Below, in pieces: positions 8,235 through 14,635 of a stretch of DNA of 14,635 nt. Where the stretch lies: IMG/VR virus record IMGVR_UViG_2693429762_000010, positions 1-14,635 of that record; one strand, given 5' to 3'. Under the pieces are notes generated by a model. That model had not been told where the DNA came from and made no database searches. It worked only from the letters and a program-made list of their open reading frames with translations. How positions within the stretch are numbered: position 1 is the first letter of the stretch; each line of letters begins with the position of its first letter. This DNA is from a virus (taxonomy: Duplodnaviria > Heunggongvirae > Uroviricota > Caudoviricetes). The translations under genes and the position numbers were made by a program.

Positions 8235-8417
8235 TCACGATTTCAACGCAATGACCAGTTTTGCCAGCCCATACAGCATCGGGGACACAGCAACACCGAC
8301 CGCCACCCACTTAATGGCAAAAGCCAGTGCTCTGCTGATGTCATCAGTTACAGGCGCTTTCAGTTCAAGGCCATTTTTCATAGTCAACCTCAACAGAATT
8401 CGTTTATACTTCGCCAT
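8235..8417 (-). CDS. hypothetical small membrane protein (60 aa; alternative start at 8381 gives 48 aa)
   Basis: [60 protein letters not shown]: charged N-terminus, C-terminal TM segment. AGGGAGA immediately upstream of the ATG at 8417. Confidence 0.4.
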   Translation of the reverse strand: MAKYKRILLRLTMKNGLELKAPVTDDISRALAFAIKWVAVGVAVSPMLYGLAKLVIALKS

Positions 8418-8450
8418 GTTCTCCCTTGCCTTACTCAAGGTCAGAAACAC

Positions 8451-8483
8451 AAAACCCCGCTTGGTGCCAACAAACGGGGTTTT
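8451..8483. terminator. candidate bidirectional intrinsic terminator between endolysin and downstream small ORFs
   Basis: AAAACCCCG…CGGGGTTTT inverted repeat with a ~15-nt loop, flanked by T-runs on both strands (TTTTACTTTT on plus, TTTTGTGTTT on minus). Only a 5-bp GC core, so weak. Confidence 0.3.
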
Positions 8484-8573
8484 TACTTTTATTCACTTAC
8501 GTTTCGCCAGTTCGCAGGATTTCGTGTTATCCGCCCGCGTGGCCATACCTTATTTTTCAGCAAAATATTCTGC

Positions 8574-9107
8574 TTATCTGTCGATTCCCCAGCACGCCAG
8601 CGCGCTCTCCTGGTCACGACGGGATACCTGACCATAACAGTTATTTGAGCGGATACGGCAGTCTCTGCCACCGTCCTTAATCCACCAGCGAATCGCCTCA
8701 CACGCTCCCCTGCGGTCACCAGCATTCAGCCGCTTATAAAACGTCGACGGGAAACACTTACCGGGGCCAATGTTATAGGGACAGAATGACGCTATACCCG
8801 CTTTCTGTGGTTCGGTCAGTGGAACTTTAATATTGCGCTCCACCCATGCCAGCGCCTTATCCCGTTCAATGGCATTAACCTGGTCGCATTTTTCCTTCGA
8901 CAGTTTCATGCCCGGAATAACAGGTTTACCATCCACCATTGTGGCACCGCGGCAGATGGTCCAGATACCCGCACCATCACGGTATGCCGTTGTGTGGTTA
9001 CCTTCTTTTTCATCCAGAAACTGGTCGAGAATATCAGGCGCAGGCGCACCGATGGCAATCAACGCCAGAACGGCAGCCGACAGGCCATATTTGATTTTGG
9101 TGTTCAT
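8574..9107 (-). CDS. R: SAR endolysin (GH24 lysozyme R, phage 21 / 933W type)
   Basis: 177 aa. N-terminal Ala/Gly-rich signal-anchor-release segment LSAAVLALIAIGAPAP followed by DEKEGNHTTAYRDGAGIWTICRG carrying the E…D…T triad arrangement of T4-lysozyme-like enzymes. Confidence 0.9.
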   Translation of the reverse strand: MNTKIKYGLSAAVLALIAIGAPAPDILDQFLDEKEGNHTTAYRDGAGIWTICRGATMVDGKPVIPGMKLSKEKCDQVNAIERDKALAWVERNIKVPLTEPQKAGIASFCPYNIGPGKCFPSTFYKRLNAGDRRGACEAIRWWIKDGGRDCRIRSNNCYGQVSRRDQESALACWGIDR

Positions 9108-9163
9108 GGATATTTATCAGGATTTATCGGTTCCGAATCCCTGGATATGTTAAATCTTCAGCC

Positions 9164-9190
9164 CGCCAGCGGTAGGACACTGGCGTTTTT
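9164..9190 (+). terminator. small hairpin plus T5 tract upstream of the 104-aa plus-strand ORF
   Basis: CGCCAG-(10 nt)-CTGGCG followed by TTTTT on the plus strand. Modest 6-bp stem. Confidence 0.25.
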
Positions 9191-9235
9191 CCTGATGGCT
9201 GAAATATATCTGACAATTTCAGTAGAGGATTAACC

Positions 9236-9550
9236 ATGCATAACGATCAACATAATTATGATTTATGCCTGCAAGCCATAAATGAGCGGGTAAAATCAGA
9301 GTGCCTCTTACTCCTCCCACAAGAACACGATGCAGTAAAATCCATTCAGGCTGAGCCGTATGGACATCTCACACCTGTGACTCTCGGCATTATCGCCAGA
9401 GCATTAACACAGCCCATGCTTATGCGTATTAAGACCAATATAAATAACTGGTTGAATGAAGAATTAAGCTACCTTGATTGTGAGTGGGACAATCATTACG
9501 CAAAAACACAAAAAGAACGCATCTTCAGTCGATTATCCAGCAACAGATAA
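9236..9550 (+). CDS. hypothetical protein (104 aa), opposite strand to the lysis genes
   Basis: ORF MHNDQHNYDLCLQAINERVKSECLLLLPQEHDAVKSIQAEPYGH… with good SD GAGGA 7 nt upstream. No motif recognised. Its stop lies 9 bp from the stop of the convergent 268-aa gene. Confidence 0.55.
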   Translation: MHNDQHNYDLCLQAINERVKSECLLLLPQEHDAVKSIQAEPYGHLTPVTLGIIARALTQPMLMRIKTNINNWLNEELSYLDCEWDNHYAKTQKERIFSRLSSNR

Positions 9551-9559
9551 CGAGCCACC

Positions 9560-10366
9560 TTATATACGCCCTTTCAGATAAGTCATCCCCGGCTGCATCC
9601 AGTCAACAGGTGCTTTCTTAAAGGGCGTATTATCAAAATCACGCAGAAGAGCCTCCAGCACAACTGCATCATTGTCAGCACCACTGGCCATCATTTCAAT
9701 CTCAGCTGCTACCTGCAGATATCCCATGCAACGACCAATGCGCTTCATCAGCCCCTGCTTTTTATTGTTCTTCAGGTAATCAATGGCAAATTCAATGAGC
9801 GCCTCACTATGCTGGTGCGATGGCGGTGTTAATTTCCCATTTTCTGAGATGGTTATTTTCCCGCCATCTCCGTATACAACAAAGGATGGCCGGTTACACT
9901 CCCATTCCTGATCTTTATCAGGTGCAGACGCAATAAAATAACGTTTATTTCCTTCCTCTCCGGCACTTTTAACCGTAATGGAGTACTCAGACTGCAGACA
10001 AGACGCCTCTTTTTCTGACCGCAGTGTTGACGGCGGCATCTTCAGAGAACCAGTAATTCTTCCCGGTAGCTTTCCTTTGTAGGTTATCAACACATCCTGC
10101 GCCTCTAAAATTATGGGGCGCTTTTCCGGCAACGGTTCGTTCCCTTCACATAACCCGGCAGCAACATCCATGAAAAACTGCTTCGCCTGCTTTTTCGCCT
10201 CAGCTTCGTAAAACTCCAGCGTGGCACCTTCAGTACGGTCAAGACTAATCGCCACATTTGGCAACAACAGTGACGGATACCCACCAATTTCCAGTACCAC
10301 AGTAACAGTAATCTTATCCGGGTAATTATTTATCCCTTTAACAACCAGTTCGTATTTTTTCTTCAT
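9560..10366 (-). CDS. hypothetical protein (268 aa) inserted between holin and endolysin
   Basis: Long ORF starting 4 nt after the holin stop, with GGGGAGAG SD inside the holin 3' end (translational coupling). Soluble, Lys/Glu-rich, no TM segments, no Walker or other catalytic motif recognised. Confidence 0.7.
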   Translation of the reverse strand: MKKKYELVVKGINNYPDKITVTVVLEIGGYPSLLLPNVAISLDRTEGATLEFYEAEAKKQAKQFFMDVAAGLCEGNEPLPEKRPIILEAQDVLITYKGKLPGRITGSLKMPPSTLRSEKEASCLQSEYSITVKSAGEEGNKRYFIASAPDKDQEWECNRPSFVVYGDGGKITISENGKLTPPSHQHSEALIEFAIDYLKNNKKQGLMKRIGRCMGYLQVAAEIEMMASGADNDAVVLEALLRDFDNTPFKKAPVDWMQPGMTYLKGRI

Positions 10367-10370
10367 CGCT

Positions 10371-10586
10371 TTACTCTCCCCGCGCCGCCTTACGCCGGTC
10401 CTCTCTGATTTTGAAATACAGGTTAGTCAGATATGTCAGCAGCCCAAACAGCAGACTCCCCAGCACGCCTATTGCCGCCCACTGAGACGGGGAAACCCTG
10501 TCCAGCAACTGCAGGAACCAGTAGCCCGTTCCCACCGCTGACGTGGTGTATGACACACCTGTTGTGATTTTTTCCATCTGGTACAT
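10371..10586 (-). CDS. S: pinholin S (S21 / 933W S family), dual-start
   Basis: 71 aa: [71 protein letters not shown], two TM segments and a charged C-terminus. Met1 and Met4 give the usual antiholin/holin dual start. The ORF-track N-terminal extension to 10691 is not part of the protein. Confidence 0.9.
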   Translation of the reverse strand: MYQMEKITTGVSYTTSAVGTGYWFLQLLDRVSPSQWAAIGVLGSLLFGLLTYLTNLYFKIREDRRKAARGE

Positions 10587-10621
10587 ACCCCGTCTCCCGT
10601 TATCCGGAAGCTGACAACAAT

Positions 10622-10650
10622 AAAAAAGCCACCAGTTAAGTACTGATGGC
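10622..10650 (-). terminator. rho-independent terminator downstream of nanS-p
   Basis: On the minus strand GCCATCAG-(7-nt loop)-CTGGTGGC (8-bp stem with one G.U pair) followed directly by TTTTTTATT. Lies between the nanS-p stop (10736) and the holin start (10586). Confidence 0.5.
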
Positions 10651-10735
10651 TCTGATAACTCATGCAGGCATCTCAGACGACCCACTGACACTACCGGTGA
10701 GTTTAACGATACCTTCCATTTGACTGGCTCACTTT

Positions 10736-12589
10736 TTATGATGATGCTGGTGCATTTATCTCCAGCACCAGACTTTCTATCTCAACGCCATACGCTGCAT
10801 TTTTGGTAATATCCGTCAGCGTCAGCGCATTCAGCCCCAGTGTCAGACTGTCTTTTATGACCTGGAATGCCGGGCCAGCCACTCCATTCAGTTTCGGAGT
10901 AACCGTGGCACTGCCGGCGGTGAACACCAGCTCCAGCGTCTGCCAGTCGTTACTGTAATTCCCGAACTCGCCCAACTTTGTGTTTCCTGCTTTCCTGTGA
11001 TGCATCAGATTCAGTTTGCCGTCTGTGGTCTGGGTGAAGAACGACATCAGGAACGGGTTACCAGTCCCGGTCATCGCCACGACGTCAGGTAACGCTACAT
11101 CGGTATACAGATAAATTCCCAGACCGAACTGGTTGTTGGTCAGTGCGCCTGACAGTCGAAACTTACAGCTCAGTCTGCCACCCCGTGTCAGCAGGGAGAC
11201 TGCGTCATCCACCGGGCGCGTCAGGGACCAGGCTTTATTGCTCTGCTTGGCGATCTTAAATACACCACCCGACAACTGAATTCCGCCGTCCTTAATGGTC
11301 CAGCCCTGCGCAGCAGCCTCTCCGGCTGTCGGCAGCAGGGAGATTGTGCGAACGGACGTATCTGCAGACGGACCCGATGGCGTGTCGCCGCCGGGCGAGG
11401 GTTTGATTTCCGGTGCCTTACCACTGATGAAGGCTGAGGTGCGCCCGGCTACGTTCAGAATAGCAGTTGCCATACGATCGGGAATAATGCCACGACGCGC
11501 CCATGAGCTGAAATGCGTCGGGCGATTTGATGATACCCAGTTTTTGTTCGTTCGGGATGCCGAACCGTAATAACCAGACCCGGCAATATCAGGATCTTCT
11601 GACGGGTTGTTTGTCGGTGTATTAACTCCGCTACCATCGGTCATAAAGGGAACAAAATAAATCTGCTGGGATTCTTTACCTTTATATGCACCATATACCA
11701 CTTCATATTGCGTACCGTGTTCTTGTTTCCACGCGTATGTCGTGTCGCCACAAATCCAGGGGACTGATGCCGGACTTCCACCGTGACACTGCGCTGCCAG
11801 CCCGGCAAGGTCAGCACGGAACTGCTGTACCATTGCAAGAAATGCTGCTGGCTGCTGGGCGTAACTGGCATTCGTCATATCGAATTCCCCCTGCATCCAG
11901 CATATCGCCAGCAAAACGTTTTTCGGGTTTTTCTGCAATGCTGCCTTCGTGCGGAAAAGCAGATCCTGATATAACGGCTTACCCACTCCCCAGCGAGCCG
12001 AATCCTGACTGGCCCCCGTGGACTCGCTGAATGTCCCCTCCGTGCCCTGGGTGAATGCCGAACCACCACGACAGCATGGTACCAGCAGGATCCCCGCATT
12101 ATTAGGGATATACGGAAGCAGTTTTTTGGCAATATGTAAGCCCTGGCCGACACAGCCGTACTGCCCTTTGCTCAGGTCAGCCCGGGGATGGTTAATCGTA
12201 CTCATATCCTGAACATCATGCAGACAATGGTCAGCAGGAATGATGTCGTTAAATACGCATACTTCACCACCGGGAGTCACTGTGTTACGACGGGCCAGTT
12301 GCTTAATGCGCGGATGGGGCGCATCGTATGAATCCGGAAGCGGAAGCCCTTCACCGTAAGCCATGGCATTGGACTGCCCGGCCAGTACGATGACGTAGTA
12401 CCACTCCGGCTCAGTTGCACCACTGACGACCACATCACCTTCTGCTGCAATCGCCTGCATCAGGGTATAAGGGGTTATGGCCACCGGACTACCAAACGGC
12501 TGCCAGCCCTCTTTCAGTTTATGTGTCAGCTTTTCCGCAAGATCTGACGGCGACGCCGCCCTGACAACATCATAGTGTTTAAATGCCAT
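10736..12589 (-). CDS. nanS: prophage sialate O-acetylesterase NanS-p (DUF1737 N-terminal domain plus SGNH/SASA esterase)
   Basis: 617-622 aa. Starts [22 protein letters not shown]…; esterase block [13 protein letters not shown] (GQSN nucleophile motif). Matches remembered NanS-p proteins found between stx/tRNAs and the lysis genes in EHEC prophages. Start placed at the second ATG (GGAAAG SD); the first ATG at 12604 lacks an SD. Confidence 0.88.
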   Translation of the reverse strand: MAFKHYDVVRAASPSDLAEKLTHKLKEGWQPFGSPVAITPYTLMQAIAAEGDVVVSGATEPEWYYVIVLAGQSNAMAYGEGLPLPDSYDAPHPRIKQLARRNTVTPGGEVCVFNDIIPADHCLHDVQDMSTINHPRADLSKGQYGCVGQGLHIAKKLLPYIPNNAGILLVPCCRGGSAFTQGTEGTFSESTGASQDSARWGVGKPLYQDLLFRTKAALQKNPKNVLLAICWMQGEFDMTNASYAQQPAAFLAMVQQFRADLAGLAAQCHGGSPASVPWICGDTTYAWKQEHGTQYEVVYGAYKGKESQQIYFVPFMTDGSGVNTPTNNPSEDPDIAGSGYYGSASRTNKNWVSSNRPTHFSSWARRGIIPDRMATAILNVAGRTSAFISGKAPEIKPSPGGDTPSGPSADTSVRTISLLPTAGEAAAQGWTIKDGGIQLSGGVFKIAKQSNKAWSLTRPVDDAVSLLTRGGRLSCKFRLSGALTNNQFGLGIYLYTDVALPDVVAMTGTGNPFLMSFFTQTTDGKLNLMHHRKAGNTKLGEFGNYSNDWQTLELVFTAGSATVTPKLNGVAGPAFQVIKDSLTLGLNALTLTDITKNAAYGVEIESLVLEINAPASS

Positions 12590-12849
12590 GGTTCTTTCCA
12601 CCATCTGAAAAATGATTCTTTAAAATACCTGACATGTAATACAGAAAAAACACAAAACCATACCTTAATTAAAAACCTCATCATCAAGCAGATATGCATG
12701 GATAAACTACAAGACGAGATATAAACCACCCTGCATTTAAATAAACAATAAACAACATCAGAAAAATAATTCTGCTCTATGGTTTACAATCAAAAATATC
12801 ATTTATACTTTTCAGAACATCACCAGCAAGGCATAAACAAGGAAACTAA

Positions 12850-13185
12850 ATGAAGTGGATTGTGATTGATACAGTTATCCAGCCATCATGCGGAATATCT
12901 TTTTCAGTCATATGGAGTAAAATAAAATTAATAATCTGGTATCAATCGGATGCTTTCTTACCTCCTGAAAGTATATTTACACTGACTCACACAGGCATCA
13001 TGCTCAATAACAAAGTGCTGCCTGTAACCATTTACAACGTAGTACCATTCAATAAAACATTCTGGAATTTAATCAAAAACAGCCAGGAATGCCCTACAAA
13101 TACAGATAACGTATTGAATGAATGCTTTAATAACCGTTGCACTCTGCAAATATGTCCTTATGGGCTAAAACAACAAAGTCCATAA
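12850..13185 (+). CDS. hypothetical protein (111 aa), AT-rich cargo gene
   Basis: Uninterrupted ORF in AT-rich DNA with strong SD AAGGAAA 7 nt upstream. Hydrophobic N-terminus and a C-terminal four-Cys cluster (C-x9-C-x4-C-x4-C). 6 of 13 Ile codons are ATA. No family recognised. Confidence 0.55.
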   Translation: MKWIVIDTVIQPSCGISFSVIWSKIKLIIWYQSDAFLPPESIFTLTHTGIMLNNKVLPVTIYNVVPFNKTFWNLIKNSQECPTNTDNVLNECFNNRCTLQICPYGLKQQSP

Positions 13186-13220
13186 GGAGTTTACTCACAT
13201 CTGACAAAATCAATATAAAC

Positions 13221-13240
13221 AGCCCCTCCGGAGAGGGGCT
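13221..13240. terminator. perfect 8-bp GC-rich stem-loop (AGCCCCTC-CGGA-GAGGGGCT)
   Basis: 35 nt after the 111-aa ORF stop. A U-rich tract follows on the minus strand only (GTTTATATTGATTTTG), so it is more plausibly a minus-strand terminator or an RNA-stabilising hairpin. Confidence 0.3.
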
Positions 13241-13632
13241 GGAGAGTGGCGCTATGTGCCATTGCATGGTGCCGGGTGCCTCCCGGTGAATTCAGTACCA
13301 GCACCTGAATCCGCGATTATCCCATATACCTACTCGCTGATTGCCCCTCCGCACAGGGGGATTCACCATGCCAGTTTCTTTTAACAAACTCCCCGCAAAC
13401 CAGACAACAGTCAACCGCCTGAATTGTGAAGTATTTAAAAATTTCTCCCGCTAACTGATACCCGGCTAACAGTCTGGCGTTTTCTTTTTCAGCAACGGGA
13501 AAGCAGCAACCACCACACCCGCCACCAGCACACCGTCAGCCAGCACTGACATTATCCGGCTGCTGCAATGCCATTCACAAAAACAGTAAGCAATCACTTT
13601 TTACCGTAACCGGTGATAATCCAGATATGTAT

Positions 13633-13989
13633 CTACCCCAGATGAGTAATCCGAAGTTCATCCATACCACAGGTCCTGGCTATTCTGTTGTACTCCTGAA
13701 CAAGAGCAAATAATTCTGAATTAGCCACCATGAACTCATCGCAAACCCTCTGTATAGCATCACTATTCAGAATAATAACGTCTCTTCCCGAAAGACGATC
13801 AGGAGTACAGAACAAAACTGTCAAACGGCTGAAGGCCTTTGCTCGTTCTGCATTGACTATATCAATACGCTGCCTAAGGATGAAACACCCCGACGCCTCA
13901 TCAATATTCACTCTACCCACACCATATGAATGATAAATATTTAATGCTGAAAAAACCATTAGACCGTATAACAAACACTCAATCAACAC
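13633..13989 (-). CDS. hypothetical protein (118 aa), AT-rich cargo gene
   Basis: Stop-free 357-nt frame in AT-rich DNA. GTG start without a clear SD; alternative in-frame ATG at codon 11. Rich in AGA/AGG/ATA codons. No family recognised. Confidence 0.4.
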   Translation of the reverse strand: MLIECLLYGLMVFSALNIYHSYGVGRVNIDEASGCFILRQRIDIVNAERAKAFSRLTVLFCTPDRLSGRDVIILNSDAIQRVCDEFMVANSELFALVQEYNRIARTCGMDELRITHLG

Positions 13990-14096
13990 TTAACAGAACT
14001 TTTATTTTTGACAAACATATAATATTTTCAACAATATCCTGAGCCAGGTATATTTCAGTATAAGGCTCTGCCGAAAGGAATCTGGAAGAATGAATA

Positions 14097-14173
14097 TGGC
14101 GCGCTGTACTGGATTCGAACCAGTGACCGATTGCTTAGAAGGCAATTGCTCTGTCCGGCTGAGCTAACAACGC
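14097..14173 (-). tRNA. tRNA-Arg (anticodon UCU)
   Basis: Minus strand GCGTTGTTAGCTCAGCCGGACAGAGCAATTGCCTTCTAAGCAATCGGTCACTGGTTCGAATCCAGTACAGCGCGCCA: 7-bp acceptor stem, D-arm, anticodon loop CUUCUAA, T-loop GGTTCGAATCC, encoded CCA. Resembles argU-type and Stx-phage arg tRNAs. Confidence 0.9.
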
Positions 14174-14273
14174 TGAATACCGATAATGGACCGCCATCGG
14201 GGACCCGCCCCCGCACCAACAACCCTGTTATCGTGTCGTCTGCTCTTCCTGATAAGCTAATGGCGGTTTGTGA

Positions 14274-14349
14274 TGGTGGCCCTTGCTGGATTTGAACCAG
14301 CGACCTGGCGATTATGAGTCGCTCGCTCTCACCACTGAGCTAAAGGGCC
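14274..14349 (-). tRNA. tRNA-Ile2 (anticodon CAU, ileX/ileZ-like, reads AUA after lysidine modification)
   Basis: Minus strand GGCCCTTTAGCTCAGTGGTGAGAGCGAGCGACTCATAATCGCCAGGTCGCTGGTTCAAATCCAGCAAGGGCCACCA: full cloverleaf, anticodon CAU. Much closer to remembered E. coli ileX than to elongator tRNA-Met. Confidence 0.88.
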
Positions 14350-14398
14350 GGAAGCAGAATAATAATGGTGCGTAATTAATTCTGCAATCTCATCCGTT

Positions 14399-14635
14399 TC
14401 AAACGATTAAATCCTGAACTTCCCTGACTGTCTGCTCAAAACGTCCGGTCTCCAGTTCAACGCCAATCGCACGACGCCCGAGCGCCAGTGCAGCTTTTAC
14501 CGTTGAACCTGAGCCCATAAAAAAATCTGCAACCAGGTCATCATCTGCATAGTACGTCAGCGCCGGCCACTGGTTCAGGGCGTATGCGAACGCTTTCGCC
14601 AGTTCTGAGTGTCGCGACAGGGTTTTCATCTTTTC
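14399..14635 (-). CDS. DNA methyltransferase (N6-adenine/N4-cytosine, beta-class), C-terminal part; gene runs off the window end
   Basis: C-terminal 76+ aa with FxGxG SAM-binding motif (DFFMGSGST) placed near the C-terminus as in beta-class DNA MTases. Frame stays open to the window edge. Position upstream of the tRNAs matches remembered Stx-phage layout. Confidence 0.75.
   Translation of the reverse strand, partial: EKMKTLSRHSELAKAFAYALNQWPALTYYADDDLVADFFMGSGSTVKAALALGRRAIGVELETGRFEQTVREVQDLIV

Noticed and set aside
7508-8310. ORFs 7508-7873 (+), 7719-7991 (+), 8012-8254 (+) and the extended 8089-8310 (-) frame
   Set aside because: The plus-strand frames are antisense to Rz/Rz1. The 8089-8310 frame is real only from the internal ATG at 8220, which has the SD; the N-terminal extension has none.
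14003-14035. Perfect TTGACA hexamer with nearby TATAAT on the plus strand
   Set aside because: The spacer between them is only 4 nt, and no properly spaced -10 element follows. It would also drive transcription antisense to the tRNAs.
12605-14096. Shiga toxin genes at the canonical stx position
   Set aside because: Neither ORF in this interval resembles an A subunit (~315 aa) or B subunit (~89 aa with signal peptide); sizes and sequences do not fit.
14174-14273. Possible third tRNA in the spacer between the two tRNA genes
   Set aside because: I remember three tRNAs in Stx phages, but this 100-bp spacer has no T-loop GTTCRANYC motif or acceptor-stem complementarity on either strand.
1-14635. 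CRISPR arrays, integrase/att sites, IS elements
   Set aside because: No short direct repeats with regular unique spacers, no tyrosine or serine recombinase-like ORF, and no transposase ORF or terminal inverted repeats were seen. The only sizeable repeat is the tfa 3'-end duplication.

Overview
This window reads as the late region of a heavily deleted (cryptic) lambdoid, Stx-phage-like prophage of an Escherichia/Shigella-type genome, with the late operon on the minus strand. All calls come from reading the sequence and ORF translations against remembered protein families; no database search was run. In minus-strand order (high to low coordinates): the 3' end of a DNA methyltransferase, tRNA-Ile2(CAU) and tRNA-Arg(UCU), an AT-rich cargo island where Stx phages carry stx, a NanS-p-type sialate O-acetylesterase, a lysis cassette (pinholin, SAR endolysin, Rz with embedded Rz1), a lambda-type cos site, then remnants of the packaging/head module and tail-fibre genes. 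Three internal deletions have fused gene fragments: Nu1' to 'A, B' to 'C, and D' to 'stf. W and the tail-fibre assembly gene tfa look intact. A SAM-dependent methyltransferase on the opposite strand is bracketed by ~240-bp direct repeats of the tfa 3' end. No integrase, att site, CRISPR array, IS element or stx gene was seen. The best candidates for uncharacterised biology are a convergent two-gene insertion between holin and endolysin, the cargo island at the stx position, and small membrane-protein ORFs between endolysin and spanins. None of these could be assigned a function from sequence alone.
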